DNA of 25,584 nt from Promethearchaeota archaeon (GTDB taxonomy: Archaea > Asgardarchaeota > Lokiarchaeia > Sigyniarchaeales > SOKP01), in contig JBHLME010000060.1 in assembly GCA_048938445.1 (NCBI GenBank), forward strand, positions 1 to 25,584, written 5' to 3'. This document shows positions 17,329-25,584 of the stretch, in pieces. Position 1 is the first letter of the stretch; each line of letters begins with the position of its first letter. The notes below the pieces were generated by a model, which saw nothing but the letters and a program-made list of their open reading frames with translations, ran no database searches and was not told the DNA's origin. The position numbers and the translations under genes are program-made.

Positions 17329-17895
17329 CTAACTCTTATAAAACTTGATAATATCGGCTTTTGTTACTATTCCCGATAATTTTCCTTTATCAATTAAAAT
17401 TAATGCATCATTATCTAGTAAAAGTGATTTAATTTCTTCTAAATGTGTACTAATTGATATTTCTGGAAAGGGGTCATCTAAATAATTTTCAATTTCTTCA
17501 TCGAGTATTGATGTTCCCTTTTCTAATAGATTTTGAGTAAGAGATTTTTCTCTTATGCTTCCAATAATGGTATTTTTATCATCTATGATGATGAGTTGAG
17601 AGATTGCCATTTCACTCATTAATGAAGCTGCTTTAGAAAGTTTTTCCTTGGAATTAATTTTTATAACATTTTTGGTAGCAAATTCACTTATTTTTTGTTC
17701 TGGTTCTTTTGCAAAATAAATAGCCCTTATAATTTTCTCTAGTGTAGACGCTCTTGGATCAATTCCACCTTTTTCAATTCTCGCGATAAGCGACTGACTT
17801 ACTCCAGCTATTTTAGCTAATTCTGTTTGAGTTAATCCCGCCGCTCTTCTTAAAGTTTTTAGTTTTGAAGAAAGATTTTCTAAAAACTCTAACAA
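17329..17895 (-). CDS. XRE-type HTH plus CBS-pair transcriptional regulator
   Basis: LRRAAGLTQTELAKIAGVSQSLIARIEKGGIDPRASTL followed by two CBS repeats ending GIVTKADI. Confidence 0.92.
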   Translation of the reverse strand: MLEFLENLSSKLKTLRRAAGLTQTELAKIAGVSQSLIARIEKGGIDPRASTLEKIIRAIYFAKEPEQKISEFATKNVIKINSKEKLSKAASLMSEMAISQLIIIDDKNTIIGSIREKSLTQNLLEKGTSILDEEIENYLDDPFPEISISTHLEEIKSLLLDNDALILIDKGKLSGIVTKADIIKFYKS

Positions 17896-17915
17896 TTAAT
17901 CATCACATATTTCAT

Positions 17916-17936
17916 ATTATTACTCTTAATAATAAT
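17916..17936. promoter_or_regulatory. Palindromic operator candidate, copy 1
   Basis: ATTATTACT-CTT-AATAATAAT, a 9-3-9 inverted repeat with one mismatch. Repeated at 18010-18030. Confidence 0.6.
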
Positions 17937-18009
17937 TTAACCTAACAAAAATATAAAGTTTTATATATTATGAAAAAATCAATATAATTAATAATAAAAA
18001 TATAATAGA

Positions 18010-18030
18010 AAAATTACTCTTAGTAATAAT
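18010..18030. promoter_or_regulatory. Palindromic operator candidate, copy 2
   Basis: AAAATTACT-CTT-AGTAATAAT with a perfect ATTACT-n3-AGTAAT core. Confidence 0.6.
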
Positions 18031-18082
18031 ATATTAATTTATCAAATATAGTGTATTACTAAAATTATTCATAGGTGGTTAC

Positions 18083-19555
18083 ATGACTAAAACCTACGCA
18101 GAAATTAATGAAAAAATAAAAAATGGCGATGTTGTAGTTGTAACAGCAGAAGAAATGATCAAAATTGTTGAAGAAAAAGGAACTAAAGTTGCTGCTGATG
18201 AAGTTGATGTAGTGACAACTGGTACTTTTGGACCAATGTGTTCAAGTGGTGCTTTTCTTAATTTTGGTCATTCAGATCCACCAATTAAATTCGAACATCT
18301 CTGGTTAAATGATGTTCATGCCTATCATGGTAACGCTGCTGTAGATTGTTATATAGGCTGTACAAGAATGGCAGATATTAGACCTTTTGAATATGGAGGA
18401 GGACATGTAATTGAAGACTTAGTAGCTGGTAAGCCTATTCGATTGAGAGGTAATTCTTATACGACAGATTGTTATCCTCTATCGGAAGTCAATACGGAAT
18501 TTACTATTAATGATATAAATCAGGCAATATTGTGTAATCCTAGAAATGCTTATCAAAGATATGTTTGTGCTGTAAATAGTTCAGATAAGACCTTATATAC
18601 TTATATGGGCAAGTTATTACCAAATTTAGGGAATGCTCATTTTGCGGGAGCAGGTGCTTTAAGCCCATTGAGTAATGATCCTGACTATGAAACTATTGGA
18701 ATAGGAACAAAAATATTTCTGGGAGGTGGAATAGGGTATATTATAGGGGAAGGAACACAACATAGCCCAAAAAGTAGATTTGGCACCCTATTTGTAAAAG
18801 GCGACCTTAAGCAAATGACTCCTGAGTTTCTAAGAGGGGTTACATATGAGAAATATGGGACGAGCATGTTCGTTGGACTTGGGATACCAATTCCTATTTT
18901 AAATGAAGGTTTAGCTAAAAAGACAGCTATAAGTGATGAAGATTTATTAACAGATGTTATCGATTATGGAGTTCCAAGACGAGATAGACCTAAATTACGA
19001 CAAGTTAGCTATAAAGAATTAAAAAGTGGACATGTTGAGGTGAATGGGAAACAAATAAAATGCTCACCTTTATCATCTTTCTATTACGCTAAAAAGATAG
19101 CAGAGACTTTAAAAAAATGGTTACAAGAGGGAAAATTCCTTTTAAATCAACCCGCAGAAACATTATCAACAGAAAGAGTTTTTACACCAATGAAAATAAC
19201 TTCCGAAATCAAATTTGTAAAAGATTTAACTAAAAAGGCGGAGATTTGCTATGAAGATTGTGATATTAAGATTGTAGCTGAAAGAATTATTGAAAAAAAT
19301 GTAAATCATATTGTAATCACTGATAGAAATAATACATTAAAAGGAATAGTAACAAGTTTCGATATTACTAAAGCAATTGCTAAAGATAAGAAAGAACTAA
19401 AAGATATCATCACTAAAAAAACAATAACTACTAATCCTAACGAACCAATAAGTAATGCAGCAAGAAAGATGAAAATTAACAATATTTCAGCCTTACCCGT
19501 AATTGATGATCAAAATAAAGTACTTGGAATTATAACATCTGAGGAGTTGATGTAA
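18083..19555 (+). CDS. L-aspartate semialdehyde sulfurtransferase (DUF39 + CBS pair; homocysteine biosynthesis, MA1821/MJ0100-like)
   Basis: KTYAEINEKIKNG, VDVVTTGTFGPMCSSGA, NPRNAYQ, LYTYMG, NDPDYETIGIGTKIFLGG and a C-terminal CBS pair. AGGTGG RBS upstream. Confidence 0.95.
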   Translation: MTKTYAEINEKIKNGDVVVVTAEEMIKIVEEKGTKVAADEVDVVTTGTFGPMCSSGAFLNFGHSDPPIKFEHLWLNDVHAYHGNAAVDCYIGCTRMADIRPFEYGGGHVIEDLVAGKPIRLRGNSYTTDCYPLSEVNTEFTINDINQAILCNPRNAYQRYVCAVNSSDKTLYTYMGKLLPNLGNAHFAGAGALSPLSNDPDYETIGIGTKIFLGGGIGYIIGEGTQHSPKSRFGTLFVKGDLKQMTPEFLRGVTYEKYGTSMFVGLGIPIPILNEGLAKKTAISDEDLLTDVIDYGVPRRDRPKLRQVSYKELKSGHVEVNGKQIKCSPLSSFYYAKKIAETLKKWLQEGKFLLNQPAETLSTERVFTPMKITSEIKFVKDLTKKAEICYEDCDIKIVAERIIEKNVNHIVITDRNNTLKGIVTSFDITKAIAKDKKELKDIITKKTITTNPNEPISNAARKMKINNISALPVIDDQNKVLGIITSEELM

Positions 19556-19559
19556 AAAT

Positions 19560-19955
19560 ATGACAATTATAAATGTTACATTGCCAATGAGAATAATTAA
19601 AGGGCTAAGTGATTATTCAAAAATTGTAAATGAAGTGTTAAAACAAGAGATAAGTTTCAATATATTAAAATTTTCTACGGACTCAAGTGGTATAAAAGTG
19701 CTTTTGGATGTTCCAGAAGATAAGATAAAAGATATAACGGAGTCTTTAAAAAAAAGTGATATCGTTGTTAACAAGAAAGGAAGGGTAGTTGTTGATAAAG
19801 AATTATGTATTGATTGTGGTGCTTGTGTATCATTGTGTCCTACAGACGCTTTAAAATTAAATGAAAATTTTGAGCTAGAATTCGCTGATGACCTATGTAT
19901 AGGATGTAATTTATGTATTAATTCTTGTCCTCGATATGCCATTATAGAGGATTAA
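19560..19955 (+). CDS. NIL-domain 2x[4Fe-4S] ferredoxin, iron-sulfur partner of DUF39 (MA1822-like)
   Basis: N-terminal NIL-like region (FNILKF), then CIDCGACVSLCP and CIGCNLCINSCP. Starts 4 nt after DUF39. Confidence 0.9.
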   Translation: MTIINVTLPMRIIKGLSDYSKIVNEVLKQEISFNILKFSTDSSGIKVLLDVPEDKIKDITESLKKSDIVVNKKGRVVVDKELCIDCGACVSLCPTDALKLNENFELEFADDLCIGCNLCINSCPRYAIIED

Positions 19956-19971
19956 TCTTTTTTTTCTATTA

Positions 19972-20988
19972 TTATGATTCATGGATAATAATTTTATAAA
20001 TTTCATCAAAACGAGGTGTTTTTCTCCGTAGCGTGATACATCGTTCTTCCTCACACCCTCTTAGAATTGATATTAATTCATTCAAGTGAATCGAAGGAAT
20101 TTCCATTTTTTCTCCAAAATATTTCTCAATTTTAGATAAATATTCTGGTTTACTTAAAGTATATAGGCAAGTTGGACAAGGAGTTAAAATAAAATCCGCC
20201 TTGACGTTTTCTGCACTTTTTAATTTTTTATAAGTGATTTTTAAAGCATCTTTGGGATGTATGACTAGTTGGCTCGCACCCCATCCACAACAACTTTCTT
20301 TTTCTTGGTAATCTACAGGTAGACCCCCAAAAAGAGCAACTAAATCCTCTAATTTATTTTTTTTTTTTACATAATCAATAGGATTTTTCTTATCCCTACT
20401 TAAATTTAAATAATGGCAACCATAATGGACAGCAACTTTTAATCCTTTTAAATCATACTTTAGTGTACTTAACACATCATCTTTAATTAGATATAAAAAA
20501 TCCAAGTCATGGATTAGTCTTAATTTGGGATTCTTCAAAATCTCATATTTTCCAGGATATGATTTTCCCTTAGCTTTCTTTTCAAGATTTTTTAGAATTT
20601 CTTCAGTTTTTCGCCTTACATCATCATCTTTTAAGATGTCTCTTCCCCTAAGTAGGGAATTATAACATCCGTTACAAGGAAATAATAATAAGTCTGCTTG
20701 TTGATTTATCTCATTTAGATTTCGTTCATTAATAGATGCAAACTGTGCTCTCGTTATCAAATTCCTCTGGAAAAAAGTACCACTGCAACATGATTGGTTA
20801 TTAGATGTCATAACATTTAATCCAAGAGCATATAATAAATCTTCCATACCCCAACGAACACCAGGGAAAAATCTTTCTAAACATGCCTTAAATAGGCACA
20901 ATTTTTTATCTTTGAAATATTCTAATGGATTATCTGGATAATTTTCGATTATTTCATCTAAATCCAACGCTAAATTATTAATTTCCAT
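19972..20988 (-). CDS. hdrB: Heterodisulfide reductase subunit B (two CCG domains)
   Basis: KACL..SCCSG..PCNGCY and HYGCHY..SCCGWG..PCPTCL. Confidence 0.88.
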   Translation of the reverse strand: MEINNLALDLDEIIENYPDNPLEYFKDKKLCLFKACLERFFPGVRWGMEDLLYALGLNVMTSNNQSCCSGTFFQRNLITRAQFASINERNLNEINQQADLLLFPCNGCYNSLLRGRDILKDDDVRRKTEEILKNLEKKAKGKSYPGKYEILKNPKLRLIHDLDFLYLIKDDVLSTLKYDLKGLKVAVHYGCHYLNLSRDKKNPIDYVKKKNKLEDLVALFGGLPVDYQEKESCCGWGASQLVIHPKDALKITYKKLKSAENVKADFILTPCPTCLYTLSKPEYLSKIEKYFGEKMEIPSIHLNELISILRGCEEERCITLRRKTPRFDEIYKIIIHES

Positions 20989-21016
20989 TTTATTAATTTA
21001 ATCCTTATGAATTTTA

Positions 21017-21553
21017 TTATTTTTTACTCTTCTTAGTGTTCTTCTTATTTGCTTTAATTTTACTGGCTTTAAATACGTATTTAATACGAGCAAAATTACA
21101 AATCTCGTTTAATTCATCAATTCTTTCTAATGGCAGTTTTTCTCCTAAAGGTTCTTCTAATACAGTTCCATTTGTTAAAAATCTTTCTGCCATTTCAACA
21201 TATTTTCTTAAATCATTATATCTCGGACCAAATCCCTTTTTAAATGATTCATTTCTGAGGTTAATAATAAGGAGGGGGATATTTATTCCATCTTTCGGAC
21301 ATATTCTCTTACATCGCTCACATAAGAAACAATACCAAATATCTGCATCTTTTAAAACGCATTTGTCTCCCTTCAAGACTTTTTCTACAATCTTGCGGGG
21401 ATTAAATTTAGATATTTTAGCTGCAGGGCACTCACCTACGCATTTACCACATGAAATGCATTGTATCAAATTTTTATTTTCATTGACATCGTCTATCAAT
21501 TCACGATAAAAATTATAATTCCATTCCGAATCGGATTTTGTTTTTTCTACCAT
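21017..21553 (-). CDS. hdrC: Heterodisulfide reductase subunit C
   Basis: CISCGKCVGECP, FNPRKIV and IWYCFLCERCKRICP. Directly upstream of hdrB. Confidence 0.88.
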   Translation of the reverse strand: MVEKTKSDSEWNYNFYRELIDDVNENKNLIQCISCGKCVGECPAAKISKFNPRKIVEKVLKGDKCVLKDADIWYCFLCERCKRICPKDGINIPLLIINLRNESFKKGFGPRYNDLRKYVEMAERFLTNGTVLEEPLGEKLPLERIDELNEICNFARIKYVFKASKIKANKKNTKKSKK

Positions 21554-21725
21554 ATTCTTGGGTTATAGAAATAATTTCAACTTTCTCTATATGTGAATCA
21601 TACTACATTTAAAAAAAACTATGATGTTTTCTTTAATAAGTATTTTTTAAGATTTTAATTATTAGAATTTATTGTTATTTTTAATACATTTTAATATGTA
21701 TTTGAGCAATTAAATAGTAATTATC

Positions 21726-22058
21726 ATGAACGATAATGACAATTCAAATTATGAACAGAGTAAAAAGGCCCTCATTAAGGCATTAAATGGTCTTAAGAAA
21801 CTATTATTAGCTCTTCCAATTTTTACATCTGCAATTATAATTTCAATGATAATAATAATGTTCATGATCTATGGAATTAGTGCCTTACAACTATTCAATG
21901 TCCTTTTTCTCGTTCCTTTCGCAGAACTTGCAATATATTCAATTTATTATACTACTAAAAATCAAATCAAACTTATGTGTAAGAAATGTGGAAATGTAAA
22001 TAAAAAAACAAGTAAATTTTGTGATAATTGTGGAGTTAAACTAAACGATCAAAAATAA
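21726..22058 (+). CDS. Two-TM membrane protein with C-terminal zinc ribbon
   Basis: Two hydrophobic helices followed by CKKCGNVNKKTSKFCDNCGVKL. Confidence 0.8.
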   Translation: MNDNDNSNYEQSKKALIKALNGLKKLLLALPIFTSAIIISMIIIMFMIYGISALQLFNVLFLVPFAELAIYSIYYTTKNQIKLMCKKCGNVNKKTSKFCDNCGVKLNDQK

Positions 22059-23575
22059 AGTTTGTCCAATTTGACTTTTTTTTTAATTTTATTATTGTTA
22101 TTTAAAGGATTTATAAACTCAATTGATAGAAAAAAAGAAACGCTCCCCGTACTTTCTATTGAAAAAGTATACTTACGCTTAAGGTTAGCATGTAAATCAC
22201 GTGATTTTACTAAATCTTCTGCTGAAGTTTGAGTAATTCTATTTTTTGGTTTCCATGATAAATTAAAAATAAAATCTTTAAAGGCGAAATTTCCTTCATT
22301 TTCAATTTTCACTACTAATTCAATGAAATTATTTATTATTTCAGTTTCAATATTGACTTTAATTTTATAACTAAAAATTAATTCAACTAACGCATCATTA
22401 GCTAATTTCTTGAAATTTCGAATTTCTTCATTAATTCTTCTATTTTTACAGAATTTTTTGATTTCTTTTAGTAAATCACTTAATATTTTTGTTTCAACAT
22501 CTTTAAAGCTTAAAAATTTAAACATTAATACTAAAAAACCATCTTTTTCTGAATCCTTTTCAATTGCTAAGGTTTTATTAAAATGTGCATAATGAAAATG
22601 ATAATAGTTTGTTTTTTGGAGAGTGTCATTAAAATTATTATTTTTTCCTGAAAATAAATCACATAAATCTATAAATAAATTAGAGAATTCTCTATAACTC
22701 AATTTTATTCCATAGCCTCTCAAAATTTTCAAACAACTAAAAATGTTTTTAAATAGAATAGTAATTTCATTTTTAGTATAAGTTTCTTTATTGCTCTTTA
22801 ATATCTCCAAGACTTTATCAGAAAAATAATAATTATCTCCATTCTGAAAATTTAAAAAACTTCTTGTCGTGTTTTCCATTATATTGATGAGATAATCATT
22901 TTTTGTATTGCCAAGATAAAAATTTGTGAATAATATTGCTAAATCATACCAGAAAACAATTTCATTTTCAATATCTTGGAATAACATGATCAAATCTCTC
23001 AAATATAAATACATAATTTCTCTTATCACAATGAATTCAAAAATATCTTTACTATAGACTTCTGGGGAGATGATGAGAGCTTTTTCTTTCCTATCAATTG
23101 CACATCCCATCATTCGCCCCATTTGCATCTTTAAATCTTCATGAACAATAATATTAGGCAGTTTCACATTCATTCCGAATAAATGATTCATACTCAATAG
23201 ATGTTTGTTGAATTCTTTCCGAAAATGAACGGTAATATCATTAATTGTGAATTTTTGCTTTTGCTTTGGCAATTTGTATTCTGAGGTCGTTTCTTTTTTA
23301 AGTTTTTTCATTAAAATCGGACTTTTATCAATATTTTCTCCACCTAAAAGTTGCCCTTCACGATTAAAAAAATAAATTCGAAGATATTCTTTATAATCTA
23401 AAACTACGAGAAAAAAGATTCCTTGAACCTGTTTGATATTTAAATTTGGAAGCATTCCTCTCTTCAGTACACTTTTACTTTTAACTCTTAATAATTGTAG
23501 ACTTAAAGGCTTTTTTTCATTATATTCTTTCTTGCTAAATTTTACAATATTTTTTAGTACATCTCTATGGCTCAT
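22049..23575 (-). CDS. Hypothetical protein
   Basis: 508-aa ORF with a beta-rich, possibly Ig-like C-terminus (VVKIENEGN). No family recognised. Confidence 0.75.
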   Translation of the reverse strand: MSHRDVLKNIVKFSKKEYNEKKPLSLQLLRVKSKSVLKRGMLPNLNIKQVQGIFFLVVLDYKEYLRIYFFNREGQLLGGENIDKSPILMKKLKKETTSEYKLPKQKQKFTINDITVHFRKEFNKHLLSMNHLFGMNVKLPNIIVHEDLKMQMGRMMGCAIDRKEKALIISPEVYSKDIFEFIVIREIMYLYLRDLIMLFQDIENEIVFWYDLAILFTNFYLGNTKNDYLINIMENTTRSFLNFQNGDNYYFSDKVLEILKSNKETYTKNEITILFKNIFSCLKILRGYGIKLSYREFSNLFIDLCDLFSGKNNNFNDTLQKTNYYHFHYAHFNKTLAIEKDSEKDGFLVLMFKFLSFKDVETKILSDLLKEIKKFCKNRRINEEIRNFKKLANDALVELIFSYKIKVNIETEIINNFIELVVKIENEGNFAFKDFIFNLSWKPKNRITQTSAEDLVKSRDLHANLKRKYTFSIESTGSVSFFLSIEFINPLNNNNKIKKKVKLDKLYF

Positions 23576-23641
23576 AAGCTGTTTTTATATAAGTCTTCTT
23601 ATATGATAAATGTTAAAATAAAAGATTTCATTTTTTTTTTT

Positions 23642-24517
23642 ATGTTATTAAAAGGTAAAAATGTTGTCATAACTGGTTCAGGTAGGGGAATTGGAAAGGA
23701 AGTCGCAAAAGCATGTGCCAAAGAGGGAGCAAATATTGGTCTAACATCAAGGACTATTGAAGAATTAGAACTTGTAAAACAAGAAATAAATGATTTAGGA
23801 ACAGATGTAAAAGTAGTAATAAAAACAGCAGATATCACTAATTTCACTGACGTAGAAACAGCATTTAAATTTTTTAACGATGAATTAGGACCTTTAAACG
23901 GAGTTATTGCTAATGCGGGTATGTCTCGAATGGGCCCATCTCATGAATTTGATTCAGATAAATTTTCTACAATAATAAGCATAAATATTCTGGGTGTCTT
24001 TAATACCTTCAAGGGAGCATATCCTTTTTTAAAAAAGGATGATAAAAAATCAAAAGCAAGATTCATCATTACAGGAAGTGCAATATATCCAAATGTTATG
24101 CCTCAATTTGCTGCTTATAGTGCATCTAAATTTGGAGTTGTTGGCTTGCAGAAAGAATTAGCTCTTGAATATAAAAGCGAAAATATTACTTTTAACTCTA
24201 TGCTTCCGACTATGGTTGATACCAGGATGCTTCGAGGGAGGAAGGCTGGAGATGGCAATAAACCTGATAATGTCATGAATCCTTGGGATTTAAATGATTA
24301 TTATGTATTTCTTTTAAGTGATGGCGCAAATCGAATCAATAATGAATTAATTACTACTGCAGAGCTACAAGATATAAAGCAAATATTTAAAGAAGTTTCT
24401 ACTGATAAAAAGCAAAATTGGGAGGATATTAAGGAAATTCTTGAAGAAAAAGCACCTAAAATTGTAGATAAAGTAAAAAAATGGAGTAAATTGATAGAGT
24501 TTATTTTAAATAGGTAA
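23642..24517 (+). CDS. Short-chain dehydrogenase/reductase (SDR)
   Basis: VITGSGRGIG, IANAG and YSASK. ATG at 23642 (MLLKGK) preferred because the 23567 start overlaps the divergent gene. Confidence 0.92.
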   Translation: MLLKGKNVVITGSGRGIGKEVAKACAKEGANIGLTSRTIEELELVKQEINDLGTDVKVVIKTADITNFTDVETAFKFFNDELGPLNGVIANAGMSRMGPSHEFDSDKFSTIISINILGVFNTFKGAYPFLKKDDKKSKARFIITGSAIYPNVMPQFAAYSASKFGVVGLQKELALEYKSENITFNSMLPTMVDTRMLRGRKAGDGNKPDNVMNPWDLNDYYVFLLSDGANRINNELITTAELQDIKQIFKEVSTDKKQNWEDIKEILEEKAPKIVDKVKKWSKLIEFILNR

Positions 24518-24606
24518 ATAAGCAGGTCGATTTACTCGGAATCTCTTATAGACATTTTTTTAATTATAAAAACTAAAAATTTCTATTCTACTATACATTA
24601 TGAGAA

Positions 24607-25212
24607 ATGCTAAATTTAGCAAAAAATCATTGGATTGATAATTTAATGGAGTCTGCCATTTCTTTAGAGGATTGTTGTATTTGTAAAGAATGTTGTAAAA
24701 GAATTCCCGTCTGCGTGTGTGATTATCGCGTGATTGAGGCAATTATTTCAGCTATTCTCTCAATTGAAATAATTAAACAATTAAGAGTTTATCAAATCAA
24801 GGAAGAAATGCTAAATTACATGGCAGAAATATGGTGGTATTTTCCAAATCAAAATCTTCTAAAACTCATGACTATCGAGGAAGAAAGTTTCTATAATTTT
24901 TTAACGATACCACGATTACGAGGAGGATGTCCATTTCTTTCTAAAAATAAGGAAAATGGATGTCGATTTCCCAAAATTAAACCCTATATTTGCGCAATTT
25001 ATCCTTATTATCTAGAACATGGAGAATTTAAGATTAGTTCAACATGTATATACGCAAAAACTAAAAATATAATTGAAATTGAACCATCTGTAAGACAAAT
25101 TGCTAAAAATCTTGCATGTGAATGCATAAAAAACCAAAAGAATTATTTTAAAAATCTGAAAAAAATTCAAGAATTATATACTATTCCCCAAATTACATTT
25201 CATACATTTTAA
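24607..25212 (+). CDS. YkgJ-like cysteine-cluster protein
   Basis: CCICKECCK ... GCPFLS...GCRF..KPYICAIYPY ... C. Confidence 0.75.
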   Translation: MLNLAKNHWIDNLMESAISLEDCCICKECCKRIPVCVCDYRVIEAIISAILSIEIIKQLRVYQIKEEMLNYMAEIWWYFPNQNLLKLMTIEEESFYNFLTIPRLRGGCPFLSKNKENGCRFPKIKPYICAIYPYYLEHGEFKISSTCIYAKTKNIIEIEPSVRQIAKNLACECIKNQKNYFKNLKKIQELYTIPQITFHTF

Positions 25213-25413
25213 ACTCCAAACTTAATCCATTATTTTTTTCTTATCTTTTCCCTCCTAGATGTCCCGCTGTTTCAATCTTATTAGAAAAAAAATAAAAAGA
25301 CTAAAATTTTACATGCTATGTAGATTTAACACATAAAAAGCTTCTAAAGAGAATTTTAATTCTCAGAATTCAAAAAAATAGAATTTATAAATTAAATTTT
25401 TCTTACATGAACT

Positions 25414-25584
25414 TTATCCTTTTATTTTTTTAGCTAGCTTCATGATAACTGGGAGCATTTTAACTAATTCCATTGCTGGTGTCGTTTTAATTAACTTGAA
25501 AACACCTGGTTTAGCTATTCTCCACATGTTTGCAGCTATTGTCATTTGTTCTTCATTATCAGCTTCTGATATAGTTATACCCCA
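25414..25584 (-). CDS. Partial CDS (3' end; possibly DUF3303/GYD-like; not in ORF track)
   Basis: Manual translation ...WGITISEADNEEQMTIAANMWRIAKPGVFKLIKTTPAMELVKMLPVIMKLAKKIKG*, entering from the right edge. The family guess rests on pattern only. Confidence 0.7.
   Translation of the reverse strand, partial: WGITISEADNEEQMTIAANMWRIAKPGVFKLIKTTPAMELVKMLPVIMKLAKKIKG

Noticed and set aside
21726-22058. Possible fourth member of the microprotein family
   Set aside because: Its ribbon has C-x2-C-x10-C-x2-C spacing on a membrane protein, a different and common zinc-ribbon type.
18685-24742. ORFs 18685-18867, 19613-19942, 21036-21509, 22410-22592, 23599-23847 and 24560-24742
   Set aside because: Antisense shadows of stronger genes.
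1-25584. CRISPR array, rRNA, tRNA, transposase or integrase
   Set aside because: No regularly spaced repeats or diagnostic motifs were seen on manual reading.

Overview
AT-rich archaeal chromosomal window, most consistent with an Asgard archaeon of the Lokiarchaeia type. This is an inference from two eukaryote-like small GTPases (Rab-like, Arf-like), a divergent TFB paralog, archaeal-type Asd and Hdr genes. Contents: an HdrA-MvhD fusion followed by a Mesh1-like HD hydrolase, an orphan DNA amino-methyltransferase, an MBL hydrolase, dapA-asd, a PHP/DUF3604-type hydrolase, an HTH-CBS regulator divergent from the DUF39-CBS/NIL-ferredoxin homocysteine synthesis pair, hdrCB, an SDR and two YkgJ-like proteins. 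The most notable unannotated signal is three paralogous 49-55 aa zinc-ribbon microproteins (10482-10631, 11316-11468, 14275-14442, all minus strand) missing from the ORF track. They share C-x-K-C-x24-C-x2-C, the spacing of the TFIIS/TFS C-terminal ribbon, but lack the catalytic Asp-Glu pair, and two lie close to the TFB paralog. Two candidate structured RNAs (about 10237-10390 and 11800-11903) lie among them, and a duplicated palindromic operator sits between the HTH-CBS and DUF39 genes. No CRISPR array, rRNA, tRNA or transposase was seen.
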